Assembly: GCA_965230295.1 (NCBI GenBank)
Contig: OZ246001.1
Coordinates: 1,376,001 to 1,440,000 of the forward strand
Direction: 5' to 3'
Length of the DNA stretch: 64,000 nt
From: Marinicella sp.
GTDB taxonomy: Bacteria > Pseudomonadota > Gammaproteobacteria > Xanthomonadales > Marinicellaceae
Part shown: one piece after another, positions 26,878-36,894 of the stretch
How positions within the stretch are numbered: the first letter of the stretch is position 1
Layout of the letters: each line of letters opens with the position of its first letter
Translations under genes and position numbers: made by a program
Notes under the pieces: generated by a model
Told to the model about the DNA's origin: nothing
Database searches by the model: none
Seen by the model: only the letters and a program-made list of their open reading frames with translations

Positions 26878-27279
26878 GAACTGTCGGACAGTTTGACTGG
26901 CGCACTTGGTTAGGCAGATCATGTAAGAATGGCGATTTGACAAAGTCAAGAAGCCTTGATGGAATGATCGATAAGCCGTGAAGCTAAAGCTAAGCTGGTC
27001 GCTTCCGCATCGATCCCCAGGACGGGGTGAATGCAGAGAATTGTTGGGAACAATTCCTGCCTGCTCTCGCGACAGACCTACATCCTTGTAGGCCAGTCAG
27101 AGAGTGTAAGCCCGAGGTACTATGCTATGGCCGCTGCGGCCGCTTTCACTTTTGTAGGAACAGACATGCAGTGCGAAGCAACTGCTCAGACAATAGTCTG
27201 TAAAGGTCGGTTTATTTGCGCAGCAAATATGAAGACCTGTCAGACCATGAACCAGAATGAAGTCCCAAGGACATTCCTT
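26878..27279 (+). repeat. Modular structured repeat, copy C (long form with nested inserts)
   Basis: Same skeleton as copies A/B/D/E; 27157-27259 identical to 50463-50565. Confidence 0.8.
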
Positions 27280-27315
27280 ATGTCCTTTATGACTTAATTA
27301 TCCAGGCCGCTGTTA

Positions 27316-27753
27316 TCAGTGCAAAAGTCTGTGAATGATTCCTGGATAAATGATTTTGATCACAATGGCGACAAAAACCAATCCTGCTAGGATGGCCCAT
27401 AATTTCTTATGAGTCATTGGCCGGTTATTGGAGGCCTCAGGCAAGACATTGAATCGGTATCCGTTTTTTGAAATGCTGCTGATGGCATTTTCAATGCCAA
27501 ATTTTTTCAGTACAACTTTAAGTTTATAAATGTGTTTACGCAACGCTGGTTTGCCAACACCGTGATTTCCATCCCAAAGTTTTTGCACCAACTCATCAGT
27601 GGTACACACCTCTCCTTTATTGACGATTAAATGCTTAAGCAATCGCATGCTTTTCGGTTCAATTTTTACAACCCTTTTTTGACCCTTTTGATCAAATTTG
27701 AGCTCGTTAGAGTCCGGCAAGATTGATAGGCTGTTATTGATTTTAATGGTCAT
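27316..27753 (-). CDS. ToxR/CadC-like winged-helix regulator with C-terminal TM helix
   Basis: IEPKSMRLL..L....GEV.T.DEL...LW, ISSISKNGYRF, C-terminal TM. Confidence 0.85.
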   Translation of the reverse strand: MTIKINNSLSILPDSNELKFDQKGQKRVVKIEPKSMRLLKHLIVNKGEVCTTDELVQKLWDGNHGVGKPALRKHIYKLKVVLKKFGIENAISSISKNGYRFNVLPEASNNRPMTHKKLWAILAGLVFVAIVIKIIYPGIIHRLLH

Positions 27754-27850
27754 AAGGAATTAAAAAAGGACAAAAAATGGACACTCTTAATTTGATAAAT
27801 CCTAGGTATTTTAACTACAGTTTAGCATACATGATAACGATTTATTGAAC

Positions 27851-29179
27851 ATGAAAAGATACATAAATTTATTGATATTTACAATGATGAGCCTGACTTT
27901 TGGGTTCATATACCAGAATCAAGCACATGCCATCAGCACATATGTGGGTGAGATCAACCTGGCCGGAGACATTCGCCAATTTGAACTGGAGTACGATCCC
28001 AATGCCAAGCACAAAATCCGTTGGGGCATTGAGCAATCCGGACGTCATCGGTTGCCGTTAAAGCAGTTTGAGTTTGATGACAGCAATAACAGCTTTTCAG
28101 GCGTACTCAGTTTTATTGGACACGATGTCAGCGGGCGCATTCAAGGTACGATCAATGCAGAGTCCATCAAGGGTGTTTTGAATTGGCAAAATGAAAAAAT
28201 CAACTTCTCTCTCAAACCAACCAACACCGCCATGTCTTATACAGAAGAAAACCTGGTGTTTCACAATGGTGAAATCAAAATTACCGGAACACTCATATTA
28301 CCCAAAACATCTGACCATGGCTTCCCTGCAGTGATCTTTATTCATGGTTCAGGCTCAGCCTCAAGGTGGTGGGGAATGTATTGGGCATCAGAGCTGTCGA
28401 AAATTGGCGTTGCCAGTTTGTTATACGATAAAAGGGGCAGCGGAGGATCAACCGGACATTGGATCACATCTTCACTTGATGATTTATCTGGCGATGTTGT
28501 GGCAGGCATCGAGGTGCTCAAAACGCACCCAAAAATTGACCCGAAGAAAATTGGTTTGTATGGTGTCAGCCAGGGTGGTTGGATCATCAGTCGCGTGAGC
28601 AGGCTGTCTGATTCTGTGGCATTTGCAATGGTGAATTCTGGTGGCGGTGTCTCACCATATGATGAAGAAATATTTTCCTATAACACCCATATGCAATTTT
28701 CCGGAATAGATGAATTTGGGCGCCAAGCAGGCATTGAGATGGTTGATCAATATATGGCATACCTGGAAACTGGCGAAGGCAGAAGTGAACTGAAAAAGCA
28801 AATGGAACTCCACAAGGACACAGCCTGGTTCAAAGTTTTGGGCATTGATCGTATCTTTGTTTCACCAGAGAACAGAGTCAATTGGGCATGGGTGCCCACA
28901 TATGAGCCTGAACAAGACATCAGTCAAATGAAACAACCCATCCTGTTGATGTTTGGCTCACAAGACCATCAACAACCGGTAGAAAAATCCATCAAAGCAT
29001 GGCAGTCTGCGCTTGATTTGGCTAAAAACACCAATTACCAAATCAAGGTTTATGAAAAAGCCGGTCATGCCCTGGTCATTGGAGGACATCATGCAAAAGG
29101 GTTTCCTCAATATGCTGAAAACCACATTCAAGACATGAAAAATTGGTTGCTGAAACACGAGATACCCCAAAAAAACTGA
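27851..29179 (+). CDS. Secreted alpha/beta hydrolase (S9/CocE-like peptidase or esterase)
   Basis: Signal peptide (AHA), FIHGSG, YDKRG.GGS.G, GVSQGG nucleophile, D and AGH. Confidence 0.88.
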   Translation: MKRYINLLIFTMMSLTFGFIYQNQAHAISTYVGEINLAGDIRQFELEYDPNAKHKIRWGIEQSGRHRLPLKQFEFDDSNNSFSGVLSFIGHDVSGRIQGTINAESIKGVLNWQNEKINFSLKPTNTAMSYTEENLVFHNGEIKITGTLILPKTSDHGFPAVIFIHGSGSASRWWGMYWASELSKIGVASLLYDKRGSGGSTGHWITSSLDDLSGDVVAGIEVLKTHPKIDPKKIGLYGVSQGGWIISRVSRLSDSVAFAMVNSGGGVSPYDEEIFSYNTHMQFSGIDEFGRQAGIEMVDQYMAYLETGEGRSELKKQMELHKDTAWFKVLGIDRIFVSPENRVNWAWVPTYEPEQDISQMKQPILLMFGSQDHQQPVEKSIKAWQSALDLAKNTNYQIKVYEKAGHALVIGGHHAKGFPQYAENHIQDMKNWLLKHEIPQKN

Positions 29180-29240
29180 TTCCAAAATAAGAAATCAATA
29201 TGGGATGGGGACAGAAAATCAGATAATTAAAGAAAGCAAA

Positions 29241-29267
29241 AAAACAATGACTCTGACCCCTTTGATT
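29241..29267 (-). repeat. AATCAA-GGGGTCAGAG element (minus strand) with inverted partner TGGGGACAGA near 29206
   Basis: Reverse complement reads AATCAAAGGGGTCAGAGTCATTGTTTT. Confidence 0.75.
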
Positions 29268-29301
29268 CTGATTCCGCTGATTTTAATAAGCTGGCTACCA
29301 A

Positions 29302-29799
29302 CTAATCCTTAATTTGGCAGTTGCTGATTAATTGTTCCAGGATGGTTGTTACCATCGACAATTGATCTGCCGAAATGCCACTCAATGCGGTTGCTCGATT
29401 TCGGGTTCTTATCTTTCTCAGTTGGGACAATGTTTCCCGGGCTTTTGGGGTTAATTTCAGCAAAAACTTCCTTCGGTCCTGATGGTTGATGGCTCTTTTT
29501 AAGTAGCCTTTTTTGATGATTAAATCAATCATGCGTGTGATTGATGCATTGTCTTTGAAAACCAAGGCAGCTATCTGGCTTTGGCTTAAATCAGGGCGCT
29601 GTTCAATGAAGCTCAACACCAAAGCCTGATCAACCGTAATGTCACCTATTTTTTCATCAAACTGATGCTGGGCATATTTCTTGTATTGTTTGATGGTCCG
29701 CTCTATGGTGTAAAAAATAGTTTTGCTGGGTGCTAAATCGGCATATTCATGCTGCCATTCTGCTTGGTCAACGTTATTTCTTAGGTTCTTATTTTTCAT
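29302..29799 (-). CDS. MarR family transcriptional regulator
   Basis: ITVDQ..L, SQSQIA, ASITRMIDL..KKGY, DRR...LKLT. Confidence 0.92.
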   Translation of the reverse strand: MKNKNLRNNVDQAEWQHEYADLAPSKTIFYTIERTIKQYKKYAQHQFDEKIGDITVDQALVLSFIEQRPDLSQSQIAALVFKDNASITRMIDLIIKKGYLKRAINHQDRRKFLLKLTPKARETLSQLRKIRTRNRATALSGISADQLSMVTTILEQLISNCQIKD

Positions 29800-31291
29800 C
29801 GATCATACGTTTCGTCAGTTTTCGTTTCTGGATGGTTGCTTCATCATTTGGATACAGCTTGAGGCTGATGTCATAACTCTTGATCGCTTCCTTATATCGA
29901 CCCAAATCACGATAAACATCACCCATTGCCAAATGCACCGATTCATCATCTGGTGCTATTTTAACAACCATTTGCAGGATTTTCAGCGCAGCCTGGTTGG
30001 ACTGTTGTTTTCGATACTGGTTGCTTTCATGAAGCATAAGGTGGACTGACACTTTGTTCTCAAATAAATCCAATTGCCTTCGAGCCGCATCCAGCCCTTC
30101 TTTCTCAAACACCTGTAGAACCTTTTGCGTGTTAAAAAATCGATCTGTGTGCGCAGTTCGACCGCCCAGTTCACGGCGGATGAACGACCTCATTTCATAC
30201 CATCCGTTCATGGCTGCTTGGTTAGAGAGGGTAACCACTACATAACCGGAATCAACAAATACATCCAGATTGGCCGACACGCCTGAAGCGCCCCCGCTGT
30301 GACCGAAAGATGTTTCCTCATCCATTTTATACAAGCTGAGTCCATAACCGTAACCACGACCATTTTGGTCGGTGCTCATTAATTGCAAAGTTTCTTTGGC
30401 AATGATTTTATGCGTGGTTAATGCATTGGCAAATGCCAAGAAATCGTGTGCCGTAGAATAAGCACCACCTGCCGAACTACCGATCTCACCTCCTAAGCCT
30501 GTTTCAATCCAGGCCATTTGGTCCATTGAAAATTGATAGGTTCGGGCCAACTCATCAACCACCTGATCATTGCGCCAACCAGTATGTTTCATCCCCGCTG
30601 GTACAAAGATGCTTTGTTTGATGTGATCATAATAGCTGCGACTGGTGATTTTTTCGATGATTAAACCGAGCAACAAATAGCCGGAATTACTGTATTGTGC
30701 GTTTTCACCAGGTACGAAGTTCAGAGGTTCATTTTCAAAGAACGGTAAAAAGTCTGTCAGCTCTCTGATTGTGTTTTTGGGGTGGTTGTCATACTTTTCG
30801 TTGAAATAGTCGCTCAGACCTGACTTGTGTGTCAGTAATTGGTGGATAGTCACTTTGCTTTTAACGATTTCACTGGGATAATCAGGTAAAAATTCTCCAA
30901 CAGTGTCTTCAAGCTTAAGCTTACCTGCCTCAACTAGTTGCATGATGGCCACTGCTGTGAACATTTTTGCCATTGATGCGGTTTGGAATTTAGTAGAAAT
31001 TCTATTGGGAACCCCATGACTCAAGTCAGCATAGCCACTTGCATGTTCAACCAGGATCTTGTTGTTTTTTGCAATCAAAACGACCCCGTTATACTTTTGA
31101 TTTTCTTTCAGGTATTCTCGAATGTTGGTCAGCTGTGGCTCATTGAAATCTGATTCAGCTTGGGTGACATTGCTGAAAATAATCAATATAGACAGTACCC
31201 GCCACAACATCGAAAACATTGATGCCAGTGGAGTTTTCCATACATAAAAGGTGCGTGTATTGATGTTCGGTTTTATTGTGTTGGTGTTCAT
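29789..31291 (-). CDS. Serine hydrolase (beta-lactamase/AmpC-like) with C-terminal TPR
   Basis: SMAK (SxxK), LLTHKSG, YSN, GHSGG; true start may be downstream (about 31219). Confidence 0.9.
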   Translation of the reverse strand: MNTNTIKPNINTRTFYVWKTPLASMFSMLWRVLSILIIFSNVTQAESDFNEPQLTNIREYLKENQKYNGVVLIAKNNKILVEHASGYADLSHGVPNRISTKFQTASMAKMFTAVAIMQLVEAGKLKLEDTVGEFLPDYPSEIVKSKVTIHQLLTHKSGLSDYFNEKYDNHPKNTIRELTDFLPFFENEPLNFVPGENAQYSNSGYLLLGLIIEKITSRSYYDHIKQSIFVPAGMKHTGWRNDQVVDELARTYQFSMDQMAWIETGLGGEIGSSAGGAYSTAHDFLAFANALTTHKIIAKETLQLMSTDQNGRGYGYGLSLYKMDEETSFGHSGGASGVSANLDVFVDSGYVVVTLSNQAAMNGWYEMRSFIRRELGGRTAHTDRFFNTQKVLQVFEKEGLDAARRQLDLFENKVSVHLMLHESNQYRKQQSNQAALKILQMVVKIAPDDESVHLAMGDVYRDLGRYKEAIKSYDISLKLYPNDEATIQKRKLTKRMIDEK

Positions 31292-31337
31292 GATTCAGCC
31301 GGTTACCTAAATATCAAAGCATTCTATATGATATTAA

Positions 31338-31349
31338 TTGATATATCAA
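31338..31349. promoter_or_regulatory. Putative MarR operator palindrome TTGATATATCAA
   Basis: Perfect 12-bp palindrome upstream of the hydrolase-marR operon; the half-site ATATCAAAT recurs nearby. Confidence 0.5.
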
Positions 31350-31379
31350 ATATAACCATATCAAATATTGGACTTGCAG

Positions 31380-31405
31380 AATCAATGGGGGCAGAGCTGT
31401 TGATT
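31380..31405 (+). repeat. AATCAA-GGGGTCAGAG-TTGATT element
   Basis: AATCAATGGGGGCAGAGCTGTTGATT. Confidence 0.7.
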
Positions 31406-31935
31406 CAGGTTCTCATCATCACATTCTGTATAAGAGGAAATAAATGATATTTTTTAGCTTTAAAATCAATAAATAGCACCTTATCTGGCAAATAATAAAC
31501 TTTGTCTTTTGATATTAATATTCTTGTTCAATCAAAATTCAAGAAATCACCGTATTTTTGGCAAAGAGTTTCAACGAAATAAAGAACAACTCTAAATACA
31601 AAAATTTCATTCAAACTGGACTTACACGTAATGGTTGGTACTGCTGCCCTTGCATTGATGTGCATCCTCATTCCATCAATTTTCACCCCTTTTTATGTAG
31701 GAAATCATTGACAAGCCTTTAAGAAGTTTGCCATAGCTATGAACTATTAATTAGTACATTATGGTACTGATCAAGGACTTTAAGGGTTGGTTTTCTGAAG
31801 AACTCGATGGGTTGTATTTGATGATTGAAAACAATAAATTCAGCACTTCTACACTCACTGTTGACCGCATCAAAAAACGGCACAGGGTACCAAAACCTCA
31901 ATAATTACCTTGAATAATGTTCAATCATTGGGAGA

Positions 31936-34900
31936 ATGAAAATGAAATACATAAATCTGATCTGTACGGCTTTGGGTCTCAGCCTGATATCGTGCATGGG
32001 CCAAATATCTTATGCTGGTGGAGGTTCTATTGATGACTCAACTGGTATTATGGATTTTGAAATCCACTACCGTTACATCCCTACTCAAGCTCAAATAGAT
32101 AACTTAAAAGAGCAAACCCGCATAGCAGCAGATAAAATTTGTGATGTAACTGACGGCGAGATCCGCTTTGGTGAAGTCAAAATCACAGGAGGAGCGGTCA
32201 GTGAAGCCAAAGGGGATTTTTGGCTGTTACCGCAAACAGGGCGAAGCGGTGTATCTTTTTATCTTAACGGCGCCAACTTGGGGGCTGATGGACGCCATGT
32301 AAATTTGTATTCAAATGCCGTCATCGGTCGAATCATTGCGCATGAACTTGGGCACCATGCTTTTGGCATTGGTGACGAGTATCCTGAAGAAGCCCGCTGT
32401 ATAGGTAAAAATTTTAAAACCACTGCGGATCCGGCCGATACTTCATTCCTCAAAGATGAAGCGGGTAACAGCTCAATCATGCATGGTGACAGCTGGACCG
32501 AACTTTCAGTCGATGCAAACCATGACACCAACCGAGGCGTTTTGCCCTATTACATGTGCGGACGCATGACCACCAATGATGATGGTGATCTGGTATACAA
32601 GGCCACGGTTGATCCAGATCTTGCTGCGGGAACTTTTGATGACACCAGTTTTGCAACGGCAAAAGCAACCAGTGTTGTGGTGACTAAGTTTAATGTGATG
32701 GACAGCTTGTCTGCCAATCATCAAATTTATGCCTATGTGGTCAAGGCCGACGATCATGAATGGGATGTCCACTTTGGTATGGATGATGGTGAGTTTGTTG
32801 GTGGCATTGCTGGCGATTATCGAGGCTTGGGAACTGCACGAATTGTGTTGGACGATACCGAGGATGATAAAGACCGTTTTCCATTAGAATCTGTATCACC
32901 TGCTGATTTCACCCTTGAGATGGAAGACTTTGCCAATGGTGCTGATGATCTTTCAGTACCCATCTCGTTTGGTGATGTGGATGAAGTGAATGGCTTCCAT
33001 GAGAATCCCAAAATATGTATTGATGATGGTGCTGGCAACTGTATACCTCGTTGGGATCCGGTTACAGAGCGTTATGAGCTGACACAACAAACGGCTTTGC
33101 ACAACAAGTCAGATTGGGCTACATTGAAAGCCAATTACCCTTTTGTTACGGTGCCAACTGGTACGCCTGTAGAAGCACAACCCGGCAACTGTCGTGCAGA
33201 ATTATCCTTCGACGAAAAGATCATTGGCTCAGACCAAGTGATCTTGTTCATTGATCGATCAGGCAGTATGGATGCGCCCATAAGAGAGGATGCCGAAGAA
33301 ACCCGCCTGGATTTTGCTAAGGCCGCCGCGAGGGCCTTCATTGATTTGCAGGCCGGCATGGGCGTGGATGTGGGGCTGATCTCTTTCAATGAAACCTCTG
33401 AACTAGAGCGACCTATGCTGTTGTTAGAAACCGGTGACGCGGGCCCTTTTAAAGACAAAGTTGATGACTTAAATCATGGCGGTAACACAGGTATTGGAAC
33501 GGCATTACAAAGCTCAGTCACTGAGTTCCAAAGGGCTGCTTTGATCGCTGAAGAAAATGGTGTTGACGTGCGTTCAAGAACAGCCTTTTTACTGTCTGAT
33601 GGTGAAAATAATCGCGGTGAAGACCCAGAGGTGGTGGCAGACAGACTGCGTGATCTTGATGTACAAATTTTTTCCATACCGGTTGGTGATGGCGCAGATC
33701 GTGAGCTGCTCAGTGGCTTGGCCCAGGAAACTGCTGGGGAAATGCTGGATGCGCCTGACGGCGATGAATTACCCCCCATCTATGCAGAGTTATTTGCTCG
33801 GTACCGTGGTGAAAGTTTAACACTGAGTCGTCAGGAATCTTTTGTCGAGCCATTTAAGAGGGATGAAAAATCTAAAAAAACTGTAGCTGCCTTTGCTGAT
33901 GGCAACGCATCCATAACTTCCAGCGCAGCAGCTGCCAGCACAAATGGCTCAAACAACAGTCCGTTTATTGATTCATTTGATTTTTTGGTTGAAACTTCAG
34001 CAGAACGACTGAACATTTTTCTTTCTGGTCGAAATGATGACATGGATACCTGGAATTTAATCTTCAGACTCACCTCACCCAGCGGGCAGGAATACTCCAG
34101 TGATGACAGTTCTATCATCACTACAGACAAGTATTACTCAATCGTCCGATTACCAACCCCTGAAGCCGGTAACTGGCGAATTGATCTTGCTTCAGGTAAT
34201 CAATTACCGCAGCGGTCTTTTGTACAAGCTCATGTTGAAAATGCGGCTCCAGATTTATATGTGGATGCCCTACCGAACACCACATCGGATACCAGCAAGC
34301 CTACATTGATTACCTTGGAAACCAGCTATTTCACCTCATTGGATGAAAACGTTGACTACCAAGGCTATGTTCTTCGCCCTGATGGCATCAGGAGCCCTTT
34401 GAAGTTTACTACAGACCTCATTACCGGCAGTGTCTCAGCAAGCTTTAATGACTATGCCGGACGCGGTATTTATGAAGCTGTGGTGACAGCCACTGTTGAT
34501 GAAAATGTCAGAAAACTGGATGGCGAATCCATATTTGATGGGCCGGTAGCTGATCTGAGCGATGTGGCTGAGTTTGAGCGTACCGATCGAACTGCATTCT
34601 TTGTGGATGTCAATGAATTGCCACCCTGTTACAGCACAGATTGCGATGGAGATGGCATTCCTAATCATATCGAAGGCGGTGACAACATAGATACCGATGG
34701 GGATGGTTTACCTGACTATCGGGATGATGATGCAGACGGTGATGATGTGCCTGATGCCAGAGAAGGTGTAGTTGATACCGACAACGACGGGAAACCTAAT
34801 TTCCAAGATGTTGATTCGGATAACGATGGCATTTTTGATGGCGATGACAAGGAACTCAATAACCCGCATGACTGCTGCATAAAACAACTGTGGGTGTTAA

Positions 34901-34959
34901 TAATCATAGCCCTGTTACTGTTTATCATCCTGATTTTATTGTTACGGCGCAGGAAATAG
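31936..34959 (+). CDS. Surface-anchored CLCA-like zinc metalloprotease / vWA protein with TSP3-like Ca-binding repeats and C-terminal TM anchor
   Basis: Signal peptide; [15 protein letters not shown]; SSIM; vWA MIDAS IDRSGSM and LSDG; DxDGDGxPD repeats; TM + RRRK. Confidence 0.85.
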   Translation: MKMKYINLICTALGLSLISCMGQISYAGGGSIDDSTGIMDFEIHYRYIPTQAQIDNLKEQTRIAADKICDVTDGEIRFGEVKITGGAVSEAKGDFWLLPQTGRSGVSFYLNGANLGADGRHVNLYSNAVIGRIIAHELGHHAFGIGDEYPEEARCIGKNFKTTADPADTSFLKDEAGNSSIMHGDSWTELSVDANHDTNRGVLPYYMCGRMTTNDDGDLVYKATVDPDLAAGTFDDTSFATAKATSVVVTKFNVMDSLSANHQIYAYVVKADDHEWDVHFGMDDGEFVGGIAGDYRGLGTARIVLDDTEDDKDRFPLESVSPADFTLEMEDFANGADDLSVPISFGDVDEVNGFHENPKICIDDGAGNCIPRWDPVTERYELTQQTALHNKSDWATLKANYPFVTVPTGTPVEAQPGNCRAELSFDEKIIGSDQVILFIDRSGSMDAPIREDAEETRLDFAKAAARAFIDLQAGMGVDVGLISFNETSELERPMLLLETGDAGPFKDKVDDLNHGGNTGIGTALQSSVTEFQRAALIAEENGVDVRSRTAFLLSDGENNRGEDPEVVADRLRDLDVQIFSIPVGDGADRELLSGLAQETAGEMLDAPDGDELPPIYAELFARYRGESLTLSRQESFVEPFKRDEKSKKTVAAFADGNASITSSAAAASTNGSNNSPFIDSFDFLVETSAERLNIFLSGRNDDMDTWNLIFRLTSPSGQEYSSDDSSIITTDKYYSIVRLPTPEAGNWRIDLASGNQLPQRSFVQAHVENAAPDLYVDALPNTTSDTSKPTLITLETSYFTSLDENVDYQGYVLRPDGIRSPLKFTTDLITGSVSASFNDYAGRGIYEAVVTATVDENVRKLDGESIFDGPVADLSDVAEFERTDRTAFFVDVNELPPCYSTDCDGDGIPNHIEGGDNIDTDGDGLPDYRDDDADGDDVPDAREGVVDTDNDGKPNFQDVDSDNDGIFDGDDKELNNPHDCCIKQLWVLIIIALLLFIILILLLRRRK

Positions 34960-34981
34960 GCTCAGTAATCTTCTCATTGGC

Positions 34982-35014
34982 TGTAGAAGTTCAGAGCTGC
35001 TCTGAACTTCTACA
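34982..35014. terminator. Long perfect hairpin after vWA gene
   Basis: TGTAGAAGTTCAGAG-CTG-CTCTGAACTTCTACA. Confidence 0.7.
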
Positions 35015-35018
35015 CTTG

Positions 35019-35045
35019 AAATCAAAGGGGTTAGAGTTATTGATT
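35019..35045 (+). repeat. AATCAA-GGGGTCAGAG-TTGATT element
   Basis: AAATCAAAGGGGTTAGAGTTATTGATT. Confidence 0.75.
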
Positions 35046-35240
35046 CATTTTAAGTCAAGTGTGTGACTTTTTAGATTTGCATGGGTATGTTCAGTATAAA
35101 TCAGTTGATAAGTATCTAAAAAAATGAAGTAATTGTGCAAACCAACATTGCTTTATTCGGATATATCTTAACCTTCATTTTCTATTCCCTTTGATGTTTG
35201 ATAAGTGGTTTTCTATATAATCTGAACAAGAGGGTATTAA

Positions 35241-36191
35241 TCAAAACCCCAACTCAACAATCAAAGGCCAATGGTCCGAGCCAATACCACCCCCTGTATT
35301 AAAATCAATCACAGCAAAATGTTCTGAAACCAGACAATGGTCAATCGGGATCATCATAGGCAGCAATTTGGTCGGCCAGGTGGGCAGGTAGCCTTGTCCG
35401 GCACTGGCGTTGGTGAGACCGGTGTCGGTGGTAAGTATGGGGTAATGTTTGGACCACACGGTGGTGTTGAGGTCGCCGATCACGATGCTTGGGTTGCTTT
35501 GGTTTTTTATGATGGTTGTGATGGCCTCAAATTGTTGCTGGCCAGCCTCGTAATAGTAGCGATTGATCGGTGGTGGTGGATGAGTGGTGATGGCGTGGAT
35601 GATTTGTCCGTTCCGCTGAATTTCAAACTCAACGCTGGGGATGTCCAACATGGTCCAGTCATGGATCTGGTGGCTGATGATGGGTGTTTGGCTGTACACG
35701 GCGATGCCAAAGTTGTCTTCCCTGGGTACTTCAATGCTGTGTGGGTATTCGGTCTTAATGCTGTTCAGTGCGGTTTGCCACCGGGCATTCACTTCTTGTA
35801 AAAAAACCACATCGGCATCCTCAGTCAGCACTTGTTGAATCAGTTCATCATGCTGTTGGTTGGCGGTGTAGACGTTGGCAAAAAACAGTTTGATACTGTG
35901 ATTATTATTCTGTAACTCATCAGGACCTCCCATAAACAACGGCACCACAATATACCCGTTGAGTACCAAGCACAAAGCAGCAATAAACATATAGATCTGT
36001 TGTTTGATCCAAACAAAACCGGCCAAAAATATAATCGACAAGATCCAATATTGAAACCGAAAGCTCGACAACAAATCGAAATACCAAAACACCTCGGCCA
36101 AGAACGGTAACACCGAACACACCACCACAATGATGCAGCCGATTTGCATCAAACCGGTGATGGAAAACCCCTTGATTTTGTTTTTATTCAA
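35241..36191 (-). CDS. Endonuclease/exonuclease/phosphatase family membrane protein
   Basis: N-terminal TMs, FANV, LQEV, HP.PP, GDLN, IPIDH, SDHWPL. Confidence 0.9.
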   Translation of the reverse strand: MNKNKIKGFSITGLMQIGCIIVVVCSVLPFLAEVFWYFDLLSSFRFQYWILSIIFLAGFVWIKQQIYMFIAALCLVLNGYIVVPLFMGGPDELQNNNHSIKLFFANVYTANQQHDELIQQVLTEDADVVFLQEVNARWQTALNSIKTEYPHSIEVPREDNFGIAVYSQTPIISHQIHDWTMLDIPSVEFEIQRNGQIIHAITTHPPPPINRYYYEAGQQQFEAITTIIKNQSNPSIVIGDLNTTVWSKHYPILTTDTGLTNASAGQGYLPTWPTKLLPMMIPIDHCLVSEHFAVIDFNTGGGIGSDHWPLIVELGF

Positions 36192-36498
36192 GCGAATCCT
36201 TAGATTGGAAATTTAAGGGTCTGACTTTATCTCAAGCAAATTGTTCACTGAAAACTTGCCGATTTATCAATTCAGTTCATTCATTTTGCTTTAGTTATAT
36301 CACAAGAAAGACACTGGGTTTGTTTGGCTATTATTTTAAATCCAATACCAACCTAAAGCCATCCCCGCTTTCTCAAAACGAATTAAATGCGGATGAAGTG
36401 TTTGATTTTTTAATTCATCCTGTTTTAGTGTATTCAAGAATTCCTGATAAAGACTCTGATCATATCACCGTTTTAAAAGACTTTTGACAGTGACATTC

Positions 36499-36780
36499 TT
36501 ATCTCACATATGCAATTACAGCAAAGTCTATATCAATGTCTCTATCAACACTTCCTGCCCAATCAGCTGTAGCAGTCACTTCAACAACATTATCAGCTAA
36601 AATTTTAGCTTCAAGCGATACTTGCCGCGGCGCCTGATCCTGAGGACAAGCATAACCCTTCATCATGACAGTCATGTCCTCACTTGGATTTCCATTAAAA
36701 GTCACATTTTTCGATTTATCACTGGGGCCGTTTCCAACTCTATGAATAGTTATTCGGCCTGAACGAATTTGCATTCCCAT
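36499..36780 (-). CDS. Small beta-rich protein, possibly H-type-lectin-like
   Basis: AGGAGA RBS before ATG 36780; IRSG.I....VTF...P.....V.MKG...IDFAVIA pattern. Confidence 0.55.
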   Translation of the reverse strand: MGMQIRSGRITIHRVGNGPSDKSKNVTFNGNPSEDMTVMMKGYACPQDQAPRQVSLEAKILADNVVEVTATADWAGSVDRDIDIDFAVIAYVR

Positions 36781-36847
36781 TTTTTTCTCCTGACTTGATT
36801 CATTATTGATTATGCTCAAAAAATTGAACAGTTTGCACCTTTGTATC

Positions 36848-36876
36848 AAATCAATGGGGTCAGTACCGTTTGATTT
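36848..36876 (+). repeat. AATCAA-GGGGTCAG-TTGATT element
   Basis: AAATCAATGGGGTCAGTACCGTTTGATTT. Confidence 0.75.
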
Positions 36877-36894
36877 GATTCATAGATAATTTCT

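Noticed and set aside
27031-27297. ORFs 27031-27297 and 50427-50621 sharing the peptide GTDMQCEATAQTIVCKGRFICAANMKTCQTMNQN
   Set aside because: The identity arises from the shared 103-bp repeat block; no RBS or codon evidence of translation.
31440-31720. Possible membrane-protein gene fragments (e.g. MVGTAALALMCILIPSIFTPFYVGNH)
   Set aside because: Short, in several frames, with no recognisable family; indistinguishable from AT-rich noise.
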